Both the position numbers and the translations under genes were made by a program. This document shows, in pieces, positions 9,762-17,593 of a stretch of 55,418 nucleotides of DNA. Origin of the DNA: Nitrospinota bacterium (lineage in GTDB: Bacteria > UBA8248 > JACPRG01 > G963555815); the NCBI GenBank assembly GCA_046758845.1, contig JBHIBA010000003.1, positions 1 through 55,418 on the forward strand. The letters run 5' to 3'. The notes beneath the pieces are model-generated. The model saw only the letters and a list, made by a program, of their open reading frames with translations, searched no databases and was not told the origin of the DNA. The stretch's first letter is position 1; each line of letters begins with the position of its first letter.

Positions 9762-11483
9762 TCAATCGGTCGAAGGGTTTGCCCCAGACAGGTGCGTGGT
9801 TGACGGTGGGGTTTGGGAATCCGCGCGTGTCCGTAATGTCCCGGCTTCGGTGAGTTGGAGCAGTTCGTGCAAGACGGCGCCTACGTCTTCGTTCACCGTC
9901 ACGTCGGCGTAGCGGTCATGGGCGGTGGGGGTGGCGTTGACGATGGCGATGGGGATGCCGGCGTCTCGGGCCCAAAGCAGCAGATCGGAGGCGGGGGCGA
10001 CTTCGAGCGAGGTGCCCAGGACGAGCAGGAGATCGGAGCTGAGGAGCGCCTGGACGGCCGCCTCAAGACGCTTTGGCTCCACCTCCTCGCCGAACATCAG
10101 GCCCCCTCCTTTCAGGAGCCCCTGACACCGGTCGCAATGAAGCGCCGCCGCCCCGTTGGTCATTCGGGTGGAGAGCGCCTCTCGGGAGACCTTCTGGCCG
10201 CAGTCCACGCACTGCGCTTCATGAATCGTGCCGTGCAGCTCGATCACCGCCTCGGTCGCAAGCCCGGCCGCCTGATGGAGGCCGTCCACGTTCTGCGTCA
10301 CCACGGCGGACAGGCGGCCCTGCCGATACAGAGCCGCGAGGGCCCGGTGGGTGATGGTCGGGCAGGCGCCCCGGAGCAGTCGGAAGAATTTCTCCTCCTC
10401 ACGCCAGTAGGCCTCCCGGACTTCGGGCGAAGTCAGGAATTTTTCGAAATTGATCTGACCGGTATCGGCCCAAAAGCCGGGCTGACCCCGGAAGTCCGGC
10501 AGACCGGCCGCCGTGCTCACCCCAGCGCCGGTCAGCACACAGATGCGCCGGGCCTTGCGGACCCGGTCGTGAAGGCGGCGGCGGGCAAGCCACTCCGCTC
10601 GCACCTCCTCGGGCCGCCCCACTCTGTTGAAAGGAAGGGGCGAGGGGCGCCCGGGTATCAGCCTACGGAATGCCGACAGATGCAAGGCGCCCAGGAGGCC
10701 TACAGTGACCAGGTTGAAAGGCGCAACGAGGAGGGGAGCCTCCGAGGGGCCGAGCACCGCAGAGGCCCCCCACCACAAAACCCCGGCGGCCGCCGCCCCG
10801 GAGGCAGCCACCCCGGCCGCTGGGCCCGACCACGGGAGGAACACCGCCGCCAACGCCATCGCCGTGGGCACGCTGTTGAACAGGAGGCCCGCCTCGATCC
10901 CCCCGCTCAGGAGAGCGCTCAGGCCGAGGCCGACCCCCGCGCCCACGAGCGCCGCGAGCGTTAAGAGCCTGGAGTGAACGGCCAGGCCGGCGAGGATCAG
11001 ACCCAGGCCCACAAGCTGGGTGGCATCGCCGACAGGATGGGTCGACTCGGCGGGTCCCAAAAAGGGCCAGGCGAGCCAGATGAGGCAGAGCGCAGGCAAT
11101 GCCAGCGTTGGAATCTCACGGGGCGTCAGGATGCGGTGCAACAGGTAGGTCAGCGGCGCCGAAGCGGCGGCCGCGGCGGCTAACGCGATCCCCGTTCCCA
11201 CCCCCGGAGAGAACAACACCCCCCAGAAAAGCCCGCAAAGGACCCCTGCGTAGCCGTAGAGGCCGGCTCGCCATGCCCCGGATGGATACCCCAGCGCCCG
11301 GGCCACCAGCGTGGCCACCCCCCCGCTCACGGCACCCGCCAAACCTACGGCGGGGACGATGAGGGTGAAGCCGAGAAAGAGCAACAGACCGCCGAGGGGA
11401 GATTCACAGAAGAGAACCTGGCCGTAACCCGACGCCCACGCTCGCCCAACCTCGAGGGCTCGCCGCAGCGCCCGCACGATCAC
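9762..11483 (-). CDS. urea-transporter-like membrane domain fused to a SIR2/CobB sirtuin domain
   Basis: N-half is hydrophobic with UT signatures (GYGQVLF..SPLGGLL, GLYGYAG, FNS, PLLVAPF). C-half has GAGVSTAAGLPDFRG, TQNVDGLH, ELHG, CVDC...CDRC, FGE, GTSL. One uninterrupted ORF. Confidence 0.88.
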   Translation of the reverse strand: MIVRALRRALEVGRAWASGYGQVLFCESPLGGLLLFLGFTLIVPAVGLAGAVSGGVATLVARALGYPSGAWRAGLYGYAGVLCGLFWGVLFSPGVGTGIALAAAAAASAPLTYLLHRILTPREIPTLALPALCLIWLAWPFLGPAESTHPVGDATQLVGLGLILAGLAVHSRLLTLAALVGAGVGLGLSALLSGGIEAGLLFNSVPTAMALAAVFLPWSGPAAGVAASGAAAAGVLWWGASAVLGPSEAPLLVAPFNLVTVGLLGALHLSAFRRLIPGRPSPLPFNRVGRPEEVRAEWLARRRLHDRVRKARRICVLTGAGVSTAAGLPDFRGQPGFWADTGQINFEKFLTSPEVREAYWREEEKFFRLLRGACPTITHRALAALYRQGRLSAVVTQNVDGLHQAAGLATEAVIELHGTIHEAQCVDCGQKVSREALSTRMTNGAAALHCDRCQGLLKGGGLMFGEEVEPKRLEAAVQALLSSDLLLVLGTSLEVAPASDLLLWARDAGIPIAIVNATPTAHDRYADVTVNEDVGAVLHELLQLTEAGTLRTRADSQTPPSTTHLSGANPSTD

Positions 11484-12889
11484 CGCCCTTTCGCAACCGC
11501 CCGCCGAGTGGGCGCGGGAAGCCGGTCGCGGCCCACGAAGTCCTCCACCCCCTCACTCTCGCGGACGACTTCCGCCCCTCCCTCTGAGACCCAAACCGCG
11601 GGCGGTCGCGGCTGGATGAACTGGATGGACTGGGAGTTTGTGTAAGCGCCGCAGTTCTTCACCGCCAGATGGCTGCCGCGGTGCAGCGGCGGCAAAAGGA
11701 GCCCCGCCCCCACACAGTCCACCTGCATGCAAAGGGGGCCGAAGAGGGTGACCTCCTCCACAGAGAGCGGGCTGGGCTCGGTGGGCGCGATGTCCAGGGC
11801 GCTGTAGTACGCGGTGGGAAGCAGGTTGACGCCCGCGTCCAGGATCGCCGCCTTGGCTCCGCACGGAAGACGCTTCACGGCCGTCACACTCGTCAGCAGG
11901 AACACCGCGTGCTCGACCACCGCCCGTCCCGGCTCCAGGAGGAGGCGGGGGCGACTGCGGAGGCGGCGGAGAGCGGAAGTGAGGGGACGGACAATGGCCT
12001 GTGCAAAAGAGGGGAACACTTCCTCCACATCGACGCCGGGGCGCAAGGCCGCGTAGCGGTGACGGTTCGGAAAACCCCCGCCCAGGTCCAGCACCTGCCA
12101 GCGGACGCGGTGGCGCCGCTCCAGCCTGTCCATCAAAGGAAGCAGGAGCTTCAGCAGGTCCCGGAAGACCCCGGGGTCGGGAAGGTCCGTGCCGAGATGG
12201 ACGTGCAGCGCCCCCAGCCGAACGGAGCGGGAGGCGATCAGGCGCCGGCACGCCTCCTCCGCCAGCCCCGCCTCCAGGCTGAAGCCGAACTTGCCCCAAG
12301 GGGCGCTCGTCACCGCAGCGGTCACGCGGATGCCCACCGTGGGGACCTTCCCCTCCTCGCACGCAACTTCCTCCAGCAGGGAAAGCTCATCGAAGTTGTC
12401 CAAGTTAATCAGGGCCCCGTCGTGAACTGCGCGGCGCAGGTCCTCCTGGGACTTGCCGGGTCCGTTGAAGATAACCCGGCTCCCCGGCACGCCCAGGCGC
12501 CGGGCCATCTCGTACTCGAGGCCGGAGACCACCTCGGCCCACGCCCCCTCCTCATGAAGGAGGGCGCGGACGGCAGAAAGATAATTCGTCTTGTACGAGT
12601 ACGCCACGTCCGTTTTGGGGTAGAGCGCCCGGAAGGCCCGGCGGAAATCCCGAAACTCCTGCCGCAGGCGCGCCTCCGAGACCACGAAGAGGGGGGAGCC
12701 GAATTGATGAATCAGCGCCCCCACCTCGCACCCATCAATCTGTTCCACCACCGCAGTCGGTACCAGAGGGGCCCGGGTGTTGAGGCCGACGCGAGGATGC
12801 TTGCTCACCTGCCCAAAGGCTTGGCGGGTGAGGGCCATCGGTTCGTACGGCCGGCGGCCCCGACCGTTAGAGGAGAGGTTACGTGACAT
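11480..12889 (-). CDS. fold-type III PLP-dependent decarboxylase (diaminopimelate/ornithine decarboxylase family)
   Basis: YSYKTN (PLP Lys), FNGPGK, KFG, HVHLGT, LDLGGGF, EPGR, GPLCMQVD, GAY. Confidence 0.9.
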   Translation of the reverse strand: MSRNLSSNGRGRRPYEPMALTRQAFGQVSKHPRVGLNTRAPLVPTAVVEQIDGCEVGALIHQFGSPLFVVSEARLRQEFRDFRRAFRALYPKTDVAYSYKTNYLSAVRALLHEEGAWAEVVSGLEYEMARRLGVPGSRVIFNGPGKSQEDLRRAVHDGALINLDNFDELSLLEEVACEEGKVPTVGIRVTAAVTSAPWGKFGFSLEAGLAEEACRRLIASRSVRLGALHVHLGTDLPDPGVFRDLLKLLLPLMDRLERRHRVRWQVLDLGGGFPNRHRYAALRPGVDVEEVFPSFAQAIVRPLTSALRRLRSRPRLLLEPGRAVVEHAVFLLTSVTAVKRLPCGAKAAILDAGVNLLPTAYYSALDIAPTEPSPLSVEEVTLFGPLCMQVDCVGAGLLLPPLHRGSHLAVKNCGAYTNSQSIQFIQPRPPAVWVSEGGAEVVRESEGVEDFVGRDRLPAPTRRAVAKGR

Positions 12890-15017
12890 CGCCGTTCACC
12901 TTCCCGTTCACTGCGAGTTCTCCCATCCGCTCCACAGGCGCGGTGGCGTCCCACGCCATGCGGACGTAGAAGGTCCCCCGGCGGGGGGTGAGCGGGGAAA
13001 CCCGCTCGCCCCGCGCCAGCCGGACCGCCGCCCAGGGGAGGTTGGCCCCCGCCCCCGCCGACAGGTAAACCCAGCTGGGAAAGCGCGGGTTGACCTCGAT
13101 CAGGAACAGGCCGCGCCGCGGATGGCGAATCACCTCCAGCTCGAAAGGCCCCACCCATTTCAGCGCCTTGGTGAACCGCTCCGCCAGCGCGCGGAATTCC
13201 CGGCCCGCCACCACCGTGCCCCCCCAGGTGTTGCCGTTGGGGGTGCGGATGTCCTTGCGCTGCGCCACCGACCCGACGATCCGGTGGCGGCGGTCCGCGA
13301 CGGCGGCAATCCCGAACTCCTCTCCCTCGATGCGCTCCTGCGCGATGAGGGGAAAGCCCCATCTCTCGGCCAGGCGCCTCGCGATGACGCGCGCCTCCTC
13401 CTCGGTCCATACTGCCCGCGCATCGGCAGTGAGCCCTTTGAGGAAAAAGGGCGCGCCCAGTCTCTTTCCCGCCCGAGTCAGATCTTCGAACCCTCCGATG
13501 GTCTCCATCCGGGGAAGGGGGAACCCCTCGGCCGCTAGCTCTGGAAGACGCGGTTTCGTCGTGGCGCTCAGCGATCCTAGCGAGGGAATCAGGGTGGAAA
13601 CACCCGCGGCGGACAGGCGCGAAGCCAGCCGCGCTACGAGAGGCACCTCCACGTCCAGCGTGGGAATCAGGCAGTCCACGCCCGCCTCCCGGCACTGATC
13701 GATCAGGGCCTCCGGATAACCCCCCTCCTCCTGCGAGGGGAAGGGCAGAAGGCGCACCTCGTCCCAGATTCCGTCGACGTAGATGCCCGAGGAAAGGATT
13801 TCGTGGGTCAGGCCGATGAGCCGGGGCGGCGTCGAAACGGCCCGCAGGGCGCGGGCGACCGTGAGTCCCGGAGAGGGGTTGTCCGCCGCGTTCAGGCCGG
13901 TGATGGCCACCGTCCCCGGCTTCGGCGATCGGGGGGGGGGGCGCGAGCCGGTGCGAAGCGGTGGCGCGCCGTTTCCGGCCCGAGGGGGGCAGGGCCTCAC
14001 CTGTCCTTCCTTCAGGGTCTTCATGGGATTTTTGGCGAAGACCTGCTCCACGACCGCCCGCCCAAAAAACAGGCCGGGACTCGCCCGCAACTCCTCGACC
14101 CTCCCGCCCGTGGCGAGACGCACCAGCGCCGCGGGCAGGTTGGCCCCGGCTTCGGCCGCCAGCGCGATCCACGACGGGAAGCGGGGGTTGACCTCGATGC
14201 AGTAAGTGCTCCCGTCCGCCTGGCGGATGAACTCGATCTCTATCGCGCCCTCCCACCGCAGTGAACGAACGAGCCGTCGGGCTTTCTCGACGAGCTCCGG
14301 CTCCCCCACCGTCACCCCCGCCCAGGCAGTGCCCTTATTGGTCACCGAGAGCTTTTTCATCACAGCCACCCCCACCAACTCTCCGCGCCGGGCGACTGCC
14401 GCGACGTCGTATTCCTCGCCCGGGATCACCGGCTGGGAAAGAAGCGGGTACCCCCATTCAGCCGCCAGCTCCCCCGCCGCCACCCGAAAGTCCTCGGCCG
14501 AGTGGACCATAGCCGAATGTGCCAGAGCCGCCTTGAGCATCTGAGGATAGCGGAGCTTGATGGAGGCGCGATCCACGCTCTTGACCGACGGCAGCACCAG
14601 CGTCTCCGGGACCGCCGCACCCTCCCTGCGCCCCAGGGACGGAAGCCGCCGCTTCTCCCGGGCCCGAAGGGCGGAGGCCGTGGGCAGACACGTGGAGACG
14701 CCCAGTCGCCTCAGCTCCTTCTGGATGGCCACGTAGTGCGGCAGCTCGGCGTCGAGGGTGGGAATGACGACATGGAGGGGGTGCCGCCCCACGAAAGCGC
14801 GATACCAATCCAAAAGAGCCGGGCCCTCCCGACGGGGGATGAGCGCATGGGCGTCGATCAGATCGGTGGCGAAGGCCCCGGTCCCGAAGCGGTCGTCCGT
14901 GAGGGCGAGGACCCGCCACGAGGGCGACCCCCGCCGCAGGGCGCGGATGACGGCCAGCCCGGGATGAGGGTTGTCCGTGGCGTAAAAGCCGGTCACTCCG
15001 ATCCAGAGCTCACTCAT
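12879..15017 (-). CDS. tandem double ATP-grasp ligase
   Basis: Two homologous halves, each with TG...DNP.PGL, IPTLD.E, T.WxG and IEVNPRFPSW. Start placed at ATG 15017, overlapping the PqqD stop. Confidence 0.88.
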   Translation of the reverse strand: MSELWIGVTGFYATDNPHPGLAVIRALRRGSPSWRVLALTDDRFGTGAFATDLIDAHALIPRREGPALLDWYRAFVGRHPLHVVIPTLDAELPHYVAIQKELRRLGVSTCLPTASALRAREKRRLPSLGRREGAAVPETLVLPSVKSVDRASIKLRYPQMLKAALAHSAMVHSAEDFRVAAGELAAEWGYPLLSQPVIPGEEYDVAAVARRGELVGVAVMKKLSVTNKGTAWAGVTVGEPELVEKARRLVRSLRWEGAIEIEFIRQADGSTYCIEVNPRFPSWIALAAEAGANLPAALVRLATGGRVEELRASPGLFFGRAVVEQVFAKNPMKTLKEGQVRPCPPRAGNGAPPLRTGSRPPPRSPKPGTVAITGLNAADNPSPGLTVARALRAVSTPPRLIGLTHEILSSGIYVDGIWDEVRLLPFPSQEEGGYPEALIDQCREAGVDCLIPTLDVEVPLVARLASRLSAAGVSTLIPSLGSLSATTKPRLPELAAEGFPLPRMETIGGFEDLTRAGKRLGAPFFLKGLTADARAVWTEEEARVIARRLAERWGFPLIAQERIEGEEFGIAAVADRRHRIVGSVAQRKDIRTPNGNTWGGTVVAGREFRALAERFTKALKWVGPFELEVIRHPRRGLFLIEVNPRFPSWVYLSAGAGANLPWAAVRLARGERVSPLTPRRGTFYVRMAWDATAPVERMGELAVNGKVNGDVT

Positions 15018-15297
15018 CGACCTCTGCCAGACCTTCCTCGACCAGCTGTGCCGTGAAGCGGGCAAAATCCCGGCGGGCGGTCGGGGCGTCGACGTCAAAC
15101 GCTTTGACGACGGCCGCGATCACCTTCGGCAGCAACGCGCCCTCCTGGATACAGGACGCCGCGACGGCGCCGCTTGCGTTCAGCGAATAGACCTTCCCCG
15201 TCCGCTGGTCGAACAGAAAGCCGCGCTCCGCCCCGACGCGCACCTGGACGGAGGAGGCGAAGCGGATGTTTTTGGGGATTCGAGGGACGGAGCTCAC
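15010..15297 (-). CDS. PqqD family protein / RiPP recognition element (95 aa)
   Basis: C-terminal part of the listed ORF 15010..16113. GTG 15297 overlaps the TPR gene stop (GTGA). GFLFDQRTGKVYSLNASG and FDVDAPTARRDFARFTAQLVEEGL fit the PqqD pattern. Confidence 0.88.
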   Translation of the reverse strand: MSSVPRIPKNIRFASSVQVRVGAERGFLFDQRTGKVYSLNASGAVAASCIQEGALLPKVIAAVVKAFDVDAPTARRDFARFTAQLVEEGLAEVDE

Positions 15298-16664
15298 TGG
15301 ACCCGCTTTCCCAGCGCCTTGAGACCATTCAAGGCGTCCGCGTAACCGGACCTCGCCTTCAGGCTGCGCCGGAAGGCATGCTCGGCTGCCGCCCGGTCGC
15401 CGAGCTTGAGCAAAGTCCACCCGAGACCACTCCAGGGGTCCGCCCACTCTGGGTAGCGCTTGGTGACCCGCCGGAATCCCCGAAGTGCGGGACGGAATTT
15501 TCCAGTGAAATAGTAGCTCCACGCGAGGCTTGAAGCCGCGTCGCTCATGATCGTGTGAAGCCCAAAGGCCCCCGGGATCTCGATCTGCTCTCGAATGGGG
15601 GGAAGCGCAGCGTTTGAGGCCAGGGCACGCTTCAGGGGGGGAATCGACTCCCGATACCGCTTGAGGGAATACAGGCTGTACCCCAACCCCCGCAGGCCGT
15701 CCGGGTCGTTCGGGTGACGCGCCAAAAGCGCCCGGAATTCCGCCTCGGCCTTGGCGAAAGCCCGCTGGTGGAACAGGGCCCAGCCGAGGTCCCGCCAGAG
15801 GTCGATCCACTCGGGGCGCCCGGCGAGGAGTTTTCGGAATTCGGGTTTTGCGACAAAGGCCGCCGATTTCTGCATGGCGGCGCGGAAGCCCGCTTTCGCC
15901 TCGGCCGGCCGCCCCTGCTTCTCGGCGATCCATGCGAGCCCCAGGGGCGGAGCGGCCCATGCGGGCTCGCGTCGGGCGACCTCCTGGAAGGTCCGGGACG
16001 CCTGGGCATGTTCCCCTTTGTAGTAATGGGCCCATCCCAGGGTTGAGCGGGCGAGTGAGTCTCTCTCGTCCCGCCGGAGGGCGTCGCGGAGCCGGTCGAT
16101 GGCCTCTTGCCAATCGCCGCGGCCGTACGCAACAAACCCCAGGCCCCGCGTCGCGTCCAGGTTGCCCGGGGCGCTCGCCAGGGCGGCCTTGAAGTTCGCG
16201 GCAGCCCGGATGAGGTCGCCTTTCCCGAGGTAACTCCAGCCGAGGCCGCTGTGGGCGTTGTGGTATCCCGGCTTGATCCTGAGGGATTCGGCGAATGCGG
16301 CCAGGGCGCGGTCGTAATGGTTGCCTTTATAGGCGATCCACCCCAGCCCCTCGTGGGCGTAGAAAGCGTTGGGATCGTTCGGGTCTATGCGGAGGGCGCG
16401 CTCGAACTCCTCCTTGGCCCGGATCAGGTCTCCCTTCTTGTAAAGGCTCCACCCGAGAAGGTTCCGGATACGGCCCGTGTCTTTTCCCCGGCGGATGGCC
16501 TCCTCGAGGCGGGCAATGGCCGTATCGTACTGCTGGCTCTCGAAGGCTTCGACGGCGAGAGAAAAGTCGTTCTCCGCTGCAATTTGCGCCGCCAAGGCGC
16601 ACCCACCGACAGCGGTGCCTAACACGAAGAGAACGGTTTGAATGACCAGCGGCCTGAGCTTCAT
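15294..16664 (-). CDS. exported multi-TPR protein
   Basis: N-terminal hydrophobic signal (possible lipobox VGGC) followed by about ten TPR units with a recurring LGW motif. Confidence 0.9.
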   Translation of the reverse strand: MKLRPLVIQTVLFVLGTAVGGCALAAQIAAENDFSLAVEAFESQQYDTAIARLEEAIRRGKDTGRIRNLLGWSLYKKGDLIRAKEEFERALRIDPNDPNAFYAHEGLGWIAYKGNHYDRALAAFAESLRIKPGYHNAHSGLGWSYLGKGDLIRAAANFKAALASAPGNLDATRGLGFVAYGRGDWQEAIDRLRDALRRDERDSLARSTLGWAHYYKGEHAQASRTFQEVARREPAWAAPPLGLAWIAEKQGRPAEAKAGFRAAMQKSAAFVAKPEFRKLLAGRPEWIDLWRDLGWALFHQRAFAKAEAEFRALLARHPNDPDGLRGLGYSLYSLKRYRESIPPLKRALASNAALPPIREQIEIPGAFGLHTIMSDAASSLAWSYYFTGKFRPALRGFRRVTKRYPEWADPWSGLGWTLLKLGDRAAAEHAFRRSLKARSGYADALNGLKALGKRVQ

Positions 16665-16774
16665 GGCGATCCTAACTTATCCCAACGCCCGTCGGCCACG
16701 CCTGATGTGGGGGCGCTTGGGCACTGAGGGGTTGTCTGAGAACATCCCGCATCGGACAGCCGCTAGGAAAGGGG

Positions 16775-16808
16775 AAAAAGGATGCCCTCATGCACCCTGA
16801 GGACATCC
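16775..16808 (-). terminator. rho-independent terminator/attenuator after the first operon gene
   Basis: Minus strand reads GGATGTCCTCA-gggtgca-TGAGGGCATCC-TTTTT: an 11-bp stem with one G-U pair, then a U run. Confidence 0.7.
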
Positions 16809-16841
16809 CCCCCCCTTACGGCCATTCACTCCTAAGCCGAT

Positions 16842-17243
16842 CTATCCCCGGCACTCGGTTGTCGCCATTGCCACGGTAGACCCATCTGTAGCAGCCTTTA
16901 CCTCGGCGAGGACTCTCTCTCCGCCGGCCGCAAAGTCGTCAGCGATGCTTGAATCGGCGTCGTCAGGGTCGGCGGTGCTGTCGAAGTCCAAATCCACGTC
17001 AGGCCTCAGAGCCGTGGCCTCGACGTCCTTCCCCGGCTCAGTCGCCGCCATTGCTGGCGTATCCAGATTCGTGACCTTCGCTGTGTAGAGACCCGGAGCC
17101 AGATCCCGTCCGTCGATTTGGACTCTGACTCGATCGTCCCTGACCCGACACCTGGCGCGCGCGCTCGCCGCCTGCGCCTCCAAGGACATGGCCAGGAACA
17201 CCCCCAAACAACACAGTATAGTCAAGACCCTCGATCCCTTCAT
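16842..17243 (-). CDS. small secreted hypothetical protein (133 aa)
   Basis: Strong RBS (GAGGAGGAG), signal peptide ending AQA, two Cys in the mature part (RARCRV, TTECRG). Confidence 0.8.
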   Translation of the reverse strand: MKGSRVLTILCCLGVFLAMSLEAQAASARARCRVRDDRVRVQIDGRDLAPGLYTAKVTNLDTPAMAATEPGKDVEATALRPDVDLDFDSTADPDDADSSIADDFAAGGERVLAEVKAATDGSTVAMATTECRG

Positions 17244-17305
17244 CCTTTTTCTCCTCCTCAGCTCTGATGTGATTTGACACCGTAACTTCTGTCTTCCCCA
17301 CTGTG

Positions 17306-17321
17306 TGCAATGCCGGTGCCA
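17306..17321 (-). promoter_or_regulatory. sigma54 (-24/-12) promoter
   Basis: Minus strand TGGCAC-CGGCA-TTGCA, an exact consensus ~60 bp upstream of the 17243 start; an NtrC-type activator is encoded divergently. Confidence 0.88.
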
Positions 17322-17593
17322 CTGCGGAGGAGGGGATTAAAAACCTGCTAATCCTTTATAACATAAGGGAAAATACTCACCACACGCCCTTCTGGACAAA
17401 GGTATCCCGCCCGGACAAGGGCTTTTGCCCACGGCCAAGGGCTCGATATGGGGATTTGCCCACCAAGCTTAGTATAGGATAAGTATAGGATGAATTTCTT
17501 GCGGTGCATTGACACGATCGAGATCTAAATTTTTGAGACGATTCACAATTCCGTTTTTGTGAGCCGCCGTGGGAACAAGGTGGAGAAAGTCCG

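Noticed and set aside
9762-11483. SIR2 domain as an anti-phage NADase (Thoeris/DSR type)
   Set aside because: It keeps the zinc-binding CxxC pairs and CobB-type motifs of deacylase sirtuins, and no defence genes are adjacent.
12805-14256. 483-aa alternative-frame ORF
   Set aside because: Gly/Arg/Pro-rich off-frame product overlapping the ATP-grasp gene.
15298-16113. N-terminal 272 aa of the listed 367-aa ORF
   Set aside because: Overlaps the TPR gene in another frame; only the last 95 codons are a real gene.
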